DNA of 61,767 bases from Hydrolagus affinis (GCA_012026655.1 JAAILG010000218.1:62001-123767); one strand, 5' to 3'. Shown: positions 23,515 to 36,639, counted from the stretch's first letter. Notes: generated from the sequence alone by a model not told the origin. Made by a program: numbers and translations.

Positions 23515-24774
23515 TTCTGAAATCTTGTGTGACAGAAATGCATCTTTTTGCATCTATTTTTTTACCTTCAACATGATATTTCATTGTACTGGGGAGAGGC
23601 GAGTGTGGCAGGGAAAGGCACAAAATATATATGATTTAAACGGAAGCAAAATTCAACACATCGGTTATAAAAGTACAGTATACCAGCAAATCCCGTTGCC
23701 AAAGATTTCTACTAAGCTTTAAGTGGAATACTTTCAGTGCTATTAGATGTATATTCTAATAGGATAATGCTAGGTTTTAACATGTAATGCTTGTACTATC
23801 TTGCTCTTTTCCATTAAAAGAATTGTTCTGACTGCAAAATTAAAGAATATTCAGGGAATTAAGATATGAAAAGCATGTTAGACCACTAAACTCTAATTAG
23901 GTAAATCAAATTGGGTGCCATTATCTACCTGTAGCAGAAGCAGTTGCCTGCATTAGCACTCAGCTTAGACTGTAATGAAATTAGAGAGTAACACTTTAAT
24001 TGAATTACACATAAAAGGATCGTGCTGACAAATGTGATAGTATCTTGCTGTAATGTACACCTTCTCCAATGGTCGTTAAATCCAATGAAATGGAAATCTA
24101 CAGGTCTTGACAGAGATCTGATAAAATCTGCAAACAGTGTTTCATTTAGAAATGGCAAATCAATTTATGGCAAGCTCATAACAATCCAGCACTATTGTCC
24201 TTTGAAGCTTTATTTTAAATGCACCAAAGCCAATTACCTAGAAAGGACAAGGTCACAGGATATAAACATATGTGTTATTTTTGGCCCAATGTACTTTTGA
24301 TTCGCAGATGAGGACATCCTGCATTTAAATGTAACTACAAACCTTGTGTTGTACATGTAGAAGATGTGCTGTAAGGCTGGGGAATGCTTGTTCCACAACC
24401 CAAAGCATTTCTGAGGTTTTGCCAGTGACAAAGTCTTGATTGTCTTCATGGAATAGGTGGTCAGTTGATTTAAAAATGAAATAGATTTAATTCCCCCTTC
24501 CCCCATAGCATTAGCACTTTCTGTATCAGAGGTAAGATTTGTACAATGATGGTACAGCTAACTGAACTTCCATGGGGTAGTTGCATTCATTACGAGAAAT
24601 TGGAAGGAGAAAGTTCTGAACGCAGGTAATGAAGGAATGGGAATAGTCATTATCTTGCAGGCTTTTCAATCCGATCTACATATTTAGCAATTATTGTTTT
24701 TTAACTGAACATACAAACATTTTGTTAACTTTCAGCACAAGCTTTGATTACAAACTTGCAGACCGCACCTTTTT

Positions 24775-24965
24775 TTCATAAAAACACAGATCGCATTAGA
24801 CTGAAACATCTCAAAGCGTTTCACACAATCAGCTGTTTTGAAGTAACTGTTGTCATATAGGAGAATGTGGCAGCTAATGTACGCCAGCAATGTCCCACAA
24901 ACAGCACTGAGATAAGTGTCAACACTGAATCGTTTCTTGTGAACTTGGATGAGGGTGGAATATTA
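24775..24965 (-). mobile_element. Deu-type SINE 3' portion
   Basis: ACATCTCAAAGCGTTTCACACAATCAG..TTTTGAAGT..GTGGCAGCTAAT..CAGCAATGTCCCACAAACAGCA..GGATGAGGGTGGAATATT. Confidence 0.7.
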
Positions 24966-25250
24966 TTGGAGCCTTGTGCCCCATATGGTGTTGAAGATGC
25001 GTGTGTCTGTCTGTGTGTGGGTGAGCTTTAGTGCCAGCGCATGCTACAAGCAGAAAATTACAGCATTATAGGAAGCAGAAGTTGTGCATGTTTGGTGTGG
25101 TTTTGCCGACAATTGTGTGCACAAACAATGCCAATATGACTGGTTGATAAAATAATAATTATGGAACCACAAATTTAATTTCCACTGCTGCTGGAATGCA
25201 GACGTTACAAATGGTGTACACCTTTCCTTCTTGTAATATAATTCAACGAC

Positions 25251-25505
25251 TTGGGACATCCTTCCAACGTGAAAGGCACTATACAAATGTAATTTGCATT
25301 TATATAGTGGCCTTTACATCTTGAAGCGTTTCACAGTTGTGGGGTAGAGTTTGATGACGAGCAAGGGAGAAGAGTGCATTTGAAAAGGTGGATTTTAAGT
25401 AAGAATTAAATATAGATAAAAAGAGGGCAAAGGGAATAGAAGCAGGGTGTTACAGAGGTTTGGATCAAAGTGACTGAAAACTTGGCCACCGATGGTGGAG
25501 GGTAT
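25251..25505. mobile_element. Two L2-type 3' ends fused tail-to-tail (+ copy 25251-25293, - copy 25294-25505)
   Basis: GAAAGGCACTATACAAATGTAA abuts TTGCATTTATATAGTGGCCTTT. The minus copy continues with L2 3' features (AAAAGGTGGATTTTAAG..GACTGAAAACTTGGCCACCGATGGTGG). Confidence 0.7.
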
Positions 25506-25689
25506 AGGGGAGAACATAGAGTGTTCAAATGCAGTTTACACTTTCCCAGTTCTGTTTTCAGTGTTGAACTGGTCATCTACAAGTTGTTGTTTAGACATCA
25601 TAACTATGCCACGCAACTGTTTTCCAAGTTGCCCTGTGATACTTTATGATTATAATGATAAAATTGTTCTTTTATAAGACCAAATTCAA

Positions 25690-25845
25690 ATTGCCATCCA
25701 GAGAATGGATGGGAAAGTCAGGCTTGATTATGATGCCCACTGCAGTTGAGCAGTTTGCAAATACTGTAAAGGTTCACGCAAACAAAAGCCACTCGGACAA
25801 GGTACCAGAGAGAAACTGGTAGGTACAGAATTACACTCTATAGAA
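25690..25845 (+). mobile_element. AmnSINE2-like SINE 3' body
   Basis: TCAGGCTTGATTATGATGCCC..GTTGAGCAGTTTGC..GGTTCACGCA..GCCACTCGGACAAGGTACCAGAG. Confidence 0.55.
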
Positions 25846-27529
25846 GGAAAAATAGTCCAAATGCTTTTATTAGACAAGGGGAAATTGGTGGAAACAAAGG
25901 AAAATTAAACAATTTAAAATAATTAGCGTTTCCTACATTTGTTGATGCTTTTTAGATGTTTAGATTGAGTGCCAATGATATCATCAACTTGGCTGAACAT
26001 GAGAAAGTTACAATAAAACAAGTTGAAATATCACAAAGTTTTGTGGATTAATCGCTCTAACTCTGCCAGACATTCTATGCTTTTGTGCTCAATAACTCTA
26101 AACCAGGTCTGCCCTAAGGTGCCCATCAAAATTACTGAACCAAAAACCCAACAGACGTGGAAATAAAAAGTAAAGTTAATTAGAATTCTTTTTTAACTTT
26201 GAAATAGATTTTGAAGAGGAGACTCAACTGCCTTAAAATATAAAAAATTCCAATAAAATCATAGTGAAATTATTCCCCAAACCTACAATGTGTGTGAAAT
26301 CCAAGTTCTTGAGGTAACTTTGTTAACGTGCAACTTTCATGATGTGGAGCTTCAAAGTCAAAAATGAACCACAATCAAATTTGCATCCAAAATCATTAAA
26401 CAGACCAGCTTTGGTGAAAAGTCATTTGTACAAGTGTTTGTCCTGTTGATTTTACAGCAAGAATATTCTTTAAAGGGGCCACAGTTTTTTTTAAAAAAAT
26501 GTAACTGCTAAATGTGGGCCACATCAGATTAATATCAGGTTCATAAAACAATTCTATTGCAAATATGTAAAATAGGATTTGGTTTAATTTATTTTAATAT
26601 TGCTTTGTGGTTCCTTGAACATTAACTGTCCTCCCGACATGAAAGGCTCTATACAAATGTAATTTTGCATTGCATTGCCTAAGCTGCATGAAATGGTTGG
26701 AACAGGAAAGTCATTGATGTGCACAGGAAAATGTTTGGGCATATCTTAATGTGACTTTTTTCCATTTCCAGCACACACATTGTAATTTGGTTGCATTTAG
26801 TCAGATGTAAAGGCAAGAAGCATGTTTTAAACTGATGAACTGTTTGGGCACATTTCCTAATTTTAGGTCAATTTAATCTACATATAAAAAATTACTTAGC
26901 CTAGTTTATTTCCTGAGATCAAATGATTGCTTTTCACTAAAGAACAGGTCACGAGTGCTCCTCAAATTACCATCTTAATCAGAAACATATGATTCCATAT
27001 ATACCCCAAGTGGTAAAGTTATTTAGTTTATAACAATACTCACAATTCTCTTCATTTAATTTTTTGGGGAAAAACATTTTTTTAATTCATTTGGCTGGAA
27101 CACACTTCTTCAGTTTCTTAGCCTTCCTGGGCTGCAACAATAGCCAGTTTCCATTTCAAACTTGTCTGGTTGAGTTTGTGGAGTCTGGAGTTTAATGCCC
27201 CTTTTATATCACATAGTCCCTTCAACCCCAACGCAGCAAACAGCATGTTTTTTTACATGGACAAAAAATGTGAAGATTGACACATTCGTGTCATGGATGT
27301 GACCAGGTCAATCCTTCATGCAATTTTCCCACGTGAAAAATAGGCCTGCTACTGCTCGAGTTATCTTGTTGGCAGCTTGGGCAGTGACATTGTGCCCGAT
27401 AAGACAATTCTCATGTTAAAATTATATGTCCGGTTTCTATGAATTTTAAGAAGTTTCTTGCACTTTTTATAACTTTCATCCATGGTTTTTATTGAACCAC
27501 GCTTTTTGTGCAGTGAAGGAAGAATATCG

Positions 27530-28172
27530 GGGTGGCAGCTTGGCTTAGGCAGCAATTTACTGCACCTTCTTGTCAGAAGTTTGTGGGCTCAAACTCTATA
27601 TTGGGACTTTGAGCTCACGGTCCAGGCTAACCCTCCAGTTCAGTGCTGGGGGTGCGCTGCATTGTCAGGTGACATCCTTTGGATGAGACATTAAACCAAG
27701 GTCCCTTGTGTCTGTTGAGATGACTGTTAAAGATTCCCTGACACTGATTGAAAAGAGAACAACAACAACAAAATTACATTTGTGTAGCCCCTTTCACGTC
27801 GGGAGGACATCCCAAGGTGGCGGACAGTCAGCGTTTCAGACCCAAGCTGGGTTCGGGATCGGGGAAGGTGGAGGAAAAGGAGGGGAAGGGGGGAACCGAT
27901 GGAGTTTTTCTTGGCCAAAAATTCCCCCAGATAAAAAAAAGAGATTTGTCATTGACTTCATGGCTGTTTGGGACCATTGGACGTCCTCCTGATATGACAG
28001 GTGCTATACAAATGTAATTTTGTTGTTGTTGTTGGTTATGGATACTGGTGTGTGCAAACTGGCTGCTACATTTGTGTACACGTACACAGTATCTACATTT
28101 TGCTGAAACATTTGTGAAGTACTTTGAAATGCTTTTTGGTAATAAGATGCTGTGCCAAAAGCAAGGATTATC
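27530..28172 (+). mobile_element. Full-length Deu-domain SINE split by two younger L2-tail insertions (27758-27898 minus, 27977-28034 plus)
   Basis: tRNA-like head (GCTTGGCTTAGG..GTCAGAAGTTTGTGGGCTCAAACT) and Deu core (GGATGAGACATTAAACCAAGG..TTAAAGATTCCC). The SINE resumes at 27900 and again at ~28045, ending GCAAGGATTATC. Confidence 0.8.
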
Positions 28173-29540
28173 ATGATAGTATGTCCTTGACTGGCTTTAA
28201 GTAAAAAGCTCAGTTCTCTCTCCTATTTGGTTATTCTGAGTAGAGTGGGAAGAGACAGGAGGAATGATTGTGGTTTTGTTCTATGAGCCTACTGGAAGGA
28301 GCTGCAGACTACTTGGGATGATTGTAGCTTGAAGCAGATTTAACATTACTTCTAAAATTCTTGTCCACGATTGGGAGCTTGGGAAATAAATTTGTTATCA
28401 CATTCATAATAGATGATTGAAATCAGATCTGCCCAGCATTTGCATTCAGTGGTTTCTTTAAAGCTGGACTGTATCTCATTACACTTTGATACATGTGCTA
28501 TAGTGTAAAATGTAATGTCAAGCCAAGTTTGAATAAGGCTGGATTAAAATCCACTCGCATCAGAGTAAATGATTTTACAGTGTTCTCTCTCTATGCTCAT
28601 TATTATAATCAAAATCTATTGCCCCCCCACCCCACCCTACCCTGCCCATGCATAACTATAAGATAGAGAATGTTCAGGGTTCACCTGATATTCTGCAATA
28701 GTTGATGCTGATCAGTCATCTATCTTGACACACCTGACAGGGGTATTGATAACACCATGTATTTTTTGTTTTGTTTAATTGATGCCATTGACATCTGGAG
28801 TGTAGCACCCAGGACACCTGCAGAACAATGCTAATGCAGGCAGAAGTCTTACCACTGGAGCAGGCGGCAGCCGAATAATTCACCACCACTGTAATCGATC
28901 CCATCTAGTGCGCTTGAACGTGCATTCTCAGACCCACAGTGACCACCGGCACGGCGTACACAGAATCTGTGTGCTGCTAACAAAAACAACAACCACTAGC
29001 ATTTATATAACTCCCTTCACATAGGATAATGTCTCGGAGTGTGTTACACTGATGCAAACGCCAAATTATCGACTGTCCAAGATTAACTGGTAAAATAAAA
29101 ATGTCAGTGTACTGATGGGTCGACACAAGGCAATTAACATGTTTTTGTGTCATGTGCTTAAATCACAACAATGGATAAGGCAGACATGAAAACTGGACAT
29201 GCACTGTTTAAATTTATGTTTCACTTAGTTTTTGTTACAAGGAATTAAACCCACATTATATTTTTATTCATTGGGTAACACCTATTCTTGAGTAACTGAC
29301 TAGTTCGACAGCAAAACTGCAATTGTGGTAGAGTTCATGGTTCTGTTGTGCAACTGTTGACTCCAGCAGCATCTGGTACCAACAATAGTGAGTGCAGTAT
29401 TGCCAAATGTGGCCGCAATCGCATATTTGTTTTATGTGTGCTATTGGAAAAACACATACCAGGCTTCCCATTAAAAAAAAACTTACATTTGATAGATCAC
29501 CTCATCACATCTGGGAGTCATTTCAAAGTGCCTCACGGGA

Positions 29541-29748
29541 TAATAATAACAATAATAATAATCCTTGTGTTTGATGTAGCATCTTATCACGTCGTTGGGA
29601 TGTCTCAAAGCACTTCACAGATTAAATTGTAAAGTGGATTGACTGTACTTTGTGGCAAAATGTGGCAGCCAATTACAACCAGCAGTGTCCCAAAAAATAG
29701 TCAGGGATTGAGTGAACCCGGATCCTCTCATTTGCAAGGCAAGTGCTA
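29541..29748 (-). mobile_element. Internally deleted tRNA/CORE-family SINE (head joined directly to tail)
   Basis: Minus strand TAGCACTTGCCTTGCAAATGAGAGGATCCGGGTTCAC joins CAATCCCTGACTATTTTTTGGGACACTGC and ends in an (ATT)n tail. Confidence 0.65.
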
Positions 29749-30010
29749 TAAAGTGTAGTGACTGTGTTTTGAGGCTAACATAGCAGTCAATTTATACAGT
29801 GCAATGTTCCCCCAGACAGCCATGACTGAATGACCAATTTTATTTGGGGGACTGTCAGCTAGGTCACTGAGGAAGACTGCCTTCTCTTTACATCCTTGGT
29901 TTAACATTTCACCCAAGGAATCAAGCACACCGTCAGTGCTATAATGGAGTGCCAACCTTAGACTAAAGTCTGGGGCTTGAGCCGATAAACTTCTAATTCA
30001 GAGATGATGC
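29749..30010 (-). mobile_element. Deu-domain SINE
   Basis: GCAGTCAATTTATACAGTGCAATGTTCCCCAGACAGCCATG..CCTTGGTTTAACATTTCACCCAAGGA..TGGAGTGCCAACCTTAGA..CTTCTAATTCAGAG. Confidence 0.65.
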
Positions 30011-30789
30011 CAACATACATCATGGTTGAAAAAGAGCATGGATTTAACCCGCAGGAAGTATTCTTGCATGAGAAGACTTGAGAATAGAGTGAGTTCCCAT
30101 TTTCGTCAGATAAAATAACTGTTTGTTTGCCACAATGGGAATTTGTGGTAGAGATAAGGAAAGAGACAGACAGAAAAGACAGCCAGTCATTCCTCAGTGT
30201 TTCATACAAAGTTAAAGGGTAAATAAACAACGTCAACAGGGCAGGCTTGATTGTATCTGAGAGGTCTGCACAGCTCAGGACCTGTGAAGAGATTAATCAC
30301 TGCAGAGTTGGTTGCTGCAGACTAAAACAACAAGGACGGGAAACCATCTGAAAACAAACTCAGGGCTCGGGGACAGCAGACTTCGGATAGAAATGTAATT
30401 GTAACACATCAGTACCCACACAAGTGCTGGCAAAGGACTGGAGCCTGAGAGAGCAGCAAATAATACACCTGGCCCTCGCCTGCCTCCCCTGCACCCACAA
30501 AAAGAGTGTTTTGGAACAACACTAGACACATCAATGATTCCTCTGAATTCTGTTCAAATGATACACTTCTACACTCGGTTAAGCAGTTAGATACCGCACG
30601 TTACACACAGAGCATGAAGACGCACACAAAACCCTTTCTACCATAGCTAGATGGGCAGAAATAAATAGCTGTTCAATAACAACGTGTCACACCTGAATGG
30701 ATAATTGCCATCCAAATTTTATAATAAGTCTTGATTCCGCAGTTTTAACATGACAGTGATAAAATAACACAATATAGCTTTATGTTGCA

Positions 30790-31460
30790 GATGTTTCCAC
30801 TGTGGTCTCCTTCATAGCTCCATTTTCCACAAGCTTCAACTAATCCAATTCTATGTAGCCAATGTCTAAATCATTCAATTCATCAGCACCAAGCTCCACA
30901 CAATTGCCCTCCAATCCGACAAGGTTCCATTTAGCTCCCAGAAACTGAGGGACTGTATCCCCTGGTAGGAGAATCTATAACCAGGGGTCACAGTCTTAAA
31001 ATTAAGGGTCAGCCTTTTAGAACAGAGTTGAGGAAACATTTCTTCTCTCAAAAGAGGGTAGTGAATTTATGGAATTCACTACCCCAGAAGGCTGTAGATG
31101 CTCAGTCCTTGAACATTTTCAAGGCTGAGACTGATAGATTTTTGAAAAATAGAGGGATTAGGGGATATGGGGATGGGACAGGTAATTAGAGTTAGGTGAG
31201 AAGATCAGTCATGATCTTATTGAATGGCGGAGCAGGCTCGAAGGCCGAATGGCCTACTCATGCCCCTAATTCTTATGTTCTTAAACCTAGAGAATCACCT
31301 CATCAAATCTTCTGTCTTTCCCCTCCCATGCAATCTCCACCAGCCTCTCCTGCACACATGCTCTGCTCCTTTGCCATCTAAACCTGAAAGGTCTTAATCT
31401 ACAAAGGACATTCTCCAGACATGAAAGGTGTTATACAAACCAAATTTTGTTGCTGTTGTA
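30790..31460 (+). mobile_element. Old L2 3' fragment interrupted by a CR1
   Basis: CACAAGCTTCAACTAATCCAA (HKLQLIQ, L2 ORF2) lies upstream of the CR1. The L2 tail GACATGAAAGGTGTTATACAAACCAAATTTTGTTGCTGTTG lies downstream. Confidence 0.55.
30955..31283 (+). mobile_element. CR1 LINE 3' end, same subfamily as 6321-6628
   Basis: CCCCTGGTAGGAGAATCTATAACCAGGGGTCACAGTCTTAAAATTAAGGGTCAGCCTTTTAGAAC...GGCCGAATGGCCTACTC..CCTAATTCTTATGTTCTT. Highly similar to the reverse complement of the 6.3-kb copy. Confidence 0.92.
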
Positions 31461-32690
31461 CTGTCTCAGTGCGTTACAGTGTTCACTGCGCTGGTTACAA
31501 TTGTCTACATTGTTGATGCTAAGAGACATTGGATGGATCCTAATCTGATTTCAATCATATTCTCTTTCGACATTCTGTTCCCTGATCATGAAAAAACCCA
31601 GTCTTGTTGGGATGTCATAAACTGAGAGCAGGTTCTGGATGGAAGATTATCTCACTCAGATTTTCTTTTGTCAAACAGAAAACCCAAGCTATTATTCCCG
31701 TTTGTACACCAATTCCTAAAAGCTCGAGTCTGCTGTCTGGGTGTGTTCAGGATGCCCAGGAACCCTTTGTTGATATGCCAGGAAGGGGGGCATCATGGTG
31801 CATTCCAGGGCAGGCAGCTGATAAGATCACGCTAGATGTTTTTTCTGTGAATCAGAGCAAACCTTTAACATGAAAACAAGCACAAGGGGTATATGGGTTG
31901 CCTGTATATGCTGCTGATGTTCTATCCAAATTGATCAGTAGGGGAAAAAATAATTACAAAAATCTTAGATCATTCTGATGATCATGCCCTACTGGAAGCA
32001 ATACTCATAGTCTGAGAAGCTTTCTACTGTATCAATGTTCCAACAGAGCTTCCTCGATGACGGAGCCCAGATGACCTTGTAAAGCTGATATGCTTGTATA
32101 CTTCAAAAGCTTATGTGCAGCAGAAGGACAGCTCATTAATACTAGAAACTGTGAAATTGCATGAAGCATGTTAAAAATGACATTTCTTTCTTTTCAGACT
32201 GCCTCACTGTCTAGACAAAGCAAAACATTGTTGTATTCAGTTCAGAAAACTAGATTACATGGTGGAGGATACAAAAAACCACGATAGGCTTCTAATACAT
32301 CCTGGACATAGAATTTCCTGAGAACGAATTGATGATTATTTCTCAATAACATGTGGTGACAATGGTTAATCCTCAGTGTGAATGTTATCCCGTGTTGAAG
32401 GGACAGATAGTTCTCTGATGGAAACTCACTGCCAATATGAAAAGACCAACCTAAAATAGAACAAAATCCTTACAGGAAATTGAAAATGTCCACACCATAA
32501 ATAATAGCAGGTATTGTATCTGGGAGCAGTTTAAAAACCCTAATCTAATTTAGGGTTCAGATGATTAGAAACTATTTAATCATGGTTTAGGATGTCGTCA
32601 ATTCAATTTTCCTCTGCTAATCACATCAAAGTTTTTTTTTATATAAACCTTTATTTTGTAATAGTACTATTAATATAACTTCACAAACAC

Positions 32691-32714
32691 TGTTTTTCCC
32701 CTCCATAGGTGAGT
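32691..32714 (+). other. Candidate recursive splice site (3'ss immediately followed by 5'ss)
   Basis: TGTTTTTCCCCTCCATAG|GTGAGT, with a possible branch point (TTAAT/ATAAC) about 30-40 nt upstream. Confidence 0.4.
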
Positions 32715-35579
32715 TTAGCCGGTTCTCAAACAGCCTGCAACTCACTGTAATAGCATTCATTGCATTCTGTCTCAAGGGAGAGGAATGATTGGCATGTCTC
32801 CTGCCTTGTTGTTGAATCACCATAGGTTTCTTCTCAGACTTCTATAGCAACAGACTCGCTTGCCCTCTCATGTACAGGAGGATTGTTCAGTATGAGGAAG
32901 GATGTGAAATAGAAATCTAATGGTGGGGGTCCTTGGCAGAGATAGTAATTCACAACACTGGAAGTTGTTCACATGTATGACTCGGGTGTCATTATTAAGG
33001 AATATATTAGAAATCATTGCATTTAAACCCTAATGTGCAGATATGTATGACTCTAATCAGTCCATACTAAGGTTGATTCTTTATTTTTGTACTTGTTACA
33101 AAAGGTCATGCTTTCTCTTCTGGGCTTCTTACTGTTCTATGATGGGATCTACAAGGATTCTAAATCCATTTTTGCGTGTGGTGGGAGCTATATTCTCATC
33201 GTAACTCTATACTGCAGAGTTTCATACAGGCATTTTAAAATTTATAGCACCCAAGTGGCTGAAATTGTCATTATTGCAGGCGGTGGCATTGACTACTGTG
33301 CAAACACAAACACAACCACAATTGACACTTGGGAATTCTTTCAACAACTGCCTGAAAAAATACTTTTCTCCTGACTTTCCGCAAAAGAAGGGGTGTGAGC
33401 TGCATTTATAGTGTAACTGTGACTGTTTTTCCATTGCAAAATGCAGATATATTGATCATATATAAAAGGAATGACTGAAGTCACATTTTAAAATGGAGAA
33501 ATAGCCTCAGATACGTTGCTTTGAACCATTAAATGCTTTTTTGACCAAAATATTTTATTCATTATTCAAAGTACTGTATGTCTTTTCTGTTAAAGGAATC
33601 CTCACATATGCTCCCAAGCAAGAAATTTAGATTCAGTGACAGGCATTGTTCCAATTAAAATTGTCTATAATTACTGTTGTTTCTACATCATCGATCGTAT
33701 GACAGATGCTGAAATTACCCAAAACAACTGTTTCCCAAGAAATTTTCCAAGATTGACAAAGGCCCACAAGGATTTAATTGGATTTCTGTAACTAGTATTG
33801 TAGTAAAATGTAGAGTATGTTACCCATCCAACCTTGCAGAAATCGCCAAATGTACAAGATCTTTTTATAGCATTGCACTGGTGGGGCATACAAAAAGCAT
33901 ATTATAGTGAAGATCATGTTACAGAGCAGTGAACAATATAATTGTTGAAATCAGTATGTTTAATGATTTTTAACAGCAATATCATTGCCTACGTGCTGCT
34001 AAACGTATAGATTTTGATTAAAGATGGGCAGTACAATAGGGTAAAGGCATCTCTTCATCTGTCGGTTCAGAGTGCACAAATACCCCAGAGGAAACAAAAG
34101 TGTTCAGTTTGACAGCTGTTTGGGGCCCTGAGATTAGTGGGAAGAAATCCTGTGTCTAGTTTTAGATGAAACTACAAGGTTCCAGTACCTCGGCACTAAT
34201 TTGGCCTTCCAAATTGAGAAAGATCACATAGCTACAGAAGGGCCTTGAAGTGAACCTTCGGATGTGTGGACGAGATCTCTGATGGGGAATTTACAAGATA
34301 AAGTGAGAAGAAGTTACCATTCGCAAAACTAATGAGAAATATGCGAAAACGTTTTAGTTGCAACCTCATGACTTTTTAATTGTATCTGCATTGATTGAGT
34401 ACAATATGTTACATTGTACTTCTGAGGATCAGCTTTGTATTGATTGATTCTGCAATAGATTTGTACCTTACCGGTACAGAGTAAATTCTCAATTTGAAAA
34501 TGGTTGTTTTTGTGTGCACAGTGAAAGTGATCATTGTGAAAGACATGTGTAAAGAACATGGCTGTTGTAATGATGCACCATGGTGCATACTGTATCATGA
34601 ATTATTTACTGAAGAATGAATTTGATGATTATAATAGCTTCCCTATATATTGTACCATTAAAAGGAAAAGAAAGAAAATAACAACTTAGCACCTGTATTC
34701 TTGTATTGGTCTCGTATCTTTTAATGGTTGCTACCAAATTAATTCCAGATCAGAAGGTAAGACTTCTTGGTAAATTTACTTTTGAGAAAGGAAAACAATT
34801 TTCTTTTGAAAAACGGCAAGTGTGTTACACAAAAGCAAACTAAATCTGGAAGAAATTACCGAGTTCTCCAATTGTAACTGTAGCTACAATAAAGCCTATA
34901 TTATTGCAACACATCAGTCTCAACAAAACTTAGTTACTAAGAGCTAAACTTGTTATTATGAGCTAATCATAAACATGGTAATTGTAGCTACGTTTCACTC
35001 TCATCACTTCACTTGTTTCGCCCACAAATATACAGTCAATTCACTTTACAGTATATTCTGTGAAGCTCGTTGAGATGTCAAGAAGACGTGAAAAGCGCTA
35101 TATCAATTGCAAGGATTATTATTTATTATTTTAATAATGATAGTTTATGATAATAAATATATCCTAACATTTGATACAGCACCTTTCACATTGGAAGGAC
35201 ACTTCAAAGTACTTCACTGGATATATCCATAAGAGTGCAATGAATGTGTTTGTAGGCAAAGACCTGGAGACACATTATAAAGTGTTTAAACGTCACCTTT
35301 GCTATGACTTATCTGTCATATACAAACAGGCAACTTTTGACTTATACAAACAGGCAACTTTTTACAGCAAAGACAAAAGTCCTTTTGGAAACATTTCCCA
35401 ATCAGGGTGTCTTATTTATAGAATCATCTAATTATTCCTGATAGAGACAGGATGGTAGTAAGGAAAATATTTGAGGAGTAAATGACATAGCCTCTGTGGT
35501 TGATATGTCTTCTTTCAAAACAAGTCAGTGTTTATGTTAATAAAACTTAATTTCTGCTGGCTATACAATTACACCGTCC

Positions 35580-35705
35580 CTACAGCATTAAAATAGGCCA
35601 ATCGACCCAAGTAGTCCATGACAGCGTTTATACCTCACAAGACGACCCTTCTTGATCCCCTCTCCCACATACTTCTAATCCTTTCCTCTGTCTATCAATG
35701 ATCTT
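35580..35705 (-). mobile_element. CR1-type 3' UTR fragment
   Basis: TACAGCATTAAAATAGGCCAATCGACCCAAGTAGTCCATGACAGCGTTTATACCTCACAAG, an antisense CR1 3' end. Confidence 0.5.
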
Positions 35706-36639
35706 GACACTAGAAGTAAAAGCAACTTCTAAAATGATTACAATTACAGTCAGAGTTTGTTTTATCAGCTATTTGGATCAGAACTAATATTTTATGCTTT
35801 GTTTTTCAAATGATTTTCACAAATTTCTTTTTTTAGATGGTTTTCACGAATTCCATCGTTTAATTCTTGACTTAATGTGTGTTGTATTTTGACTTATGTC
35901 ACAGTGTGTATGTTGTCAGTGCAGTTTGGTTTGTTTAGCATGGCAATGGAAAGAGTTCTCACAATTAATAACATAAGAACAATAATAATTAAGAACATAA
36001 TACATTTGAATTGAGGTTGTAATTATTTTAACAAACAATATATAAATAATTGGTGGATATGTTAACTCTCAAACTCAATAAAATAAAACCTCATGTTAAC
36101 ATAAATATCTGAAATATATGACCACACTGTAATGCCAAGAATATTGTACTTTGCTGGTACAATGGTTTAAAGTAGAGAGAACAAACCAATTTGATATTGC
36201 TTAAATGCAGGCCAAGCCAGAATGAACTCATTTTATCAATGCCAGAAATCTGCAGGAGTAGGATTTTTCTCTAATCTGCTCTACAATAAGCACTGTAAAT
36301 TCTCAATTTTAAAGCAGCAAATTAGGCATCTAGTCCCATACTGTAGTCATTACTTATCGTATTGGACTTTGCTGTAGGTCCTTCTACACCTTTTGTCACT
36401 TCATTTCATCTTTCTCTGGTACACCCTGCTTGTGAGTCCTATTTGTTCAACATATAGCTCAAACTTGTTTGCTAATGTTGGGGGGTATGTTTTTAATCCT
36501 CCTGGTAATAACTTCCAGAATGTAATCATTTAATATCTCCTGTTCATTCTCTTCAACCTCCTTTGGGTCCCTTAGGATTTTAACATCTTCTCTGTTATAA
36601 TTTTTGGCAATGTCTTTTTATTTTGCATTTGCTGTTACA

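Noticed and set aside
35319-35362. Short tandem duplications (TATACAAACAGGCAACTTTT x2; also ~44164 and ~56984) as CRISPR-like or functional arrays
   Set aside because: Only two copies with no spacer series; ordinary slippage duplications in a eukaryotic genome.
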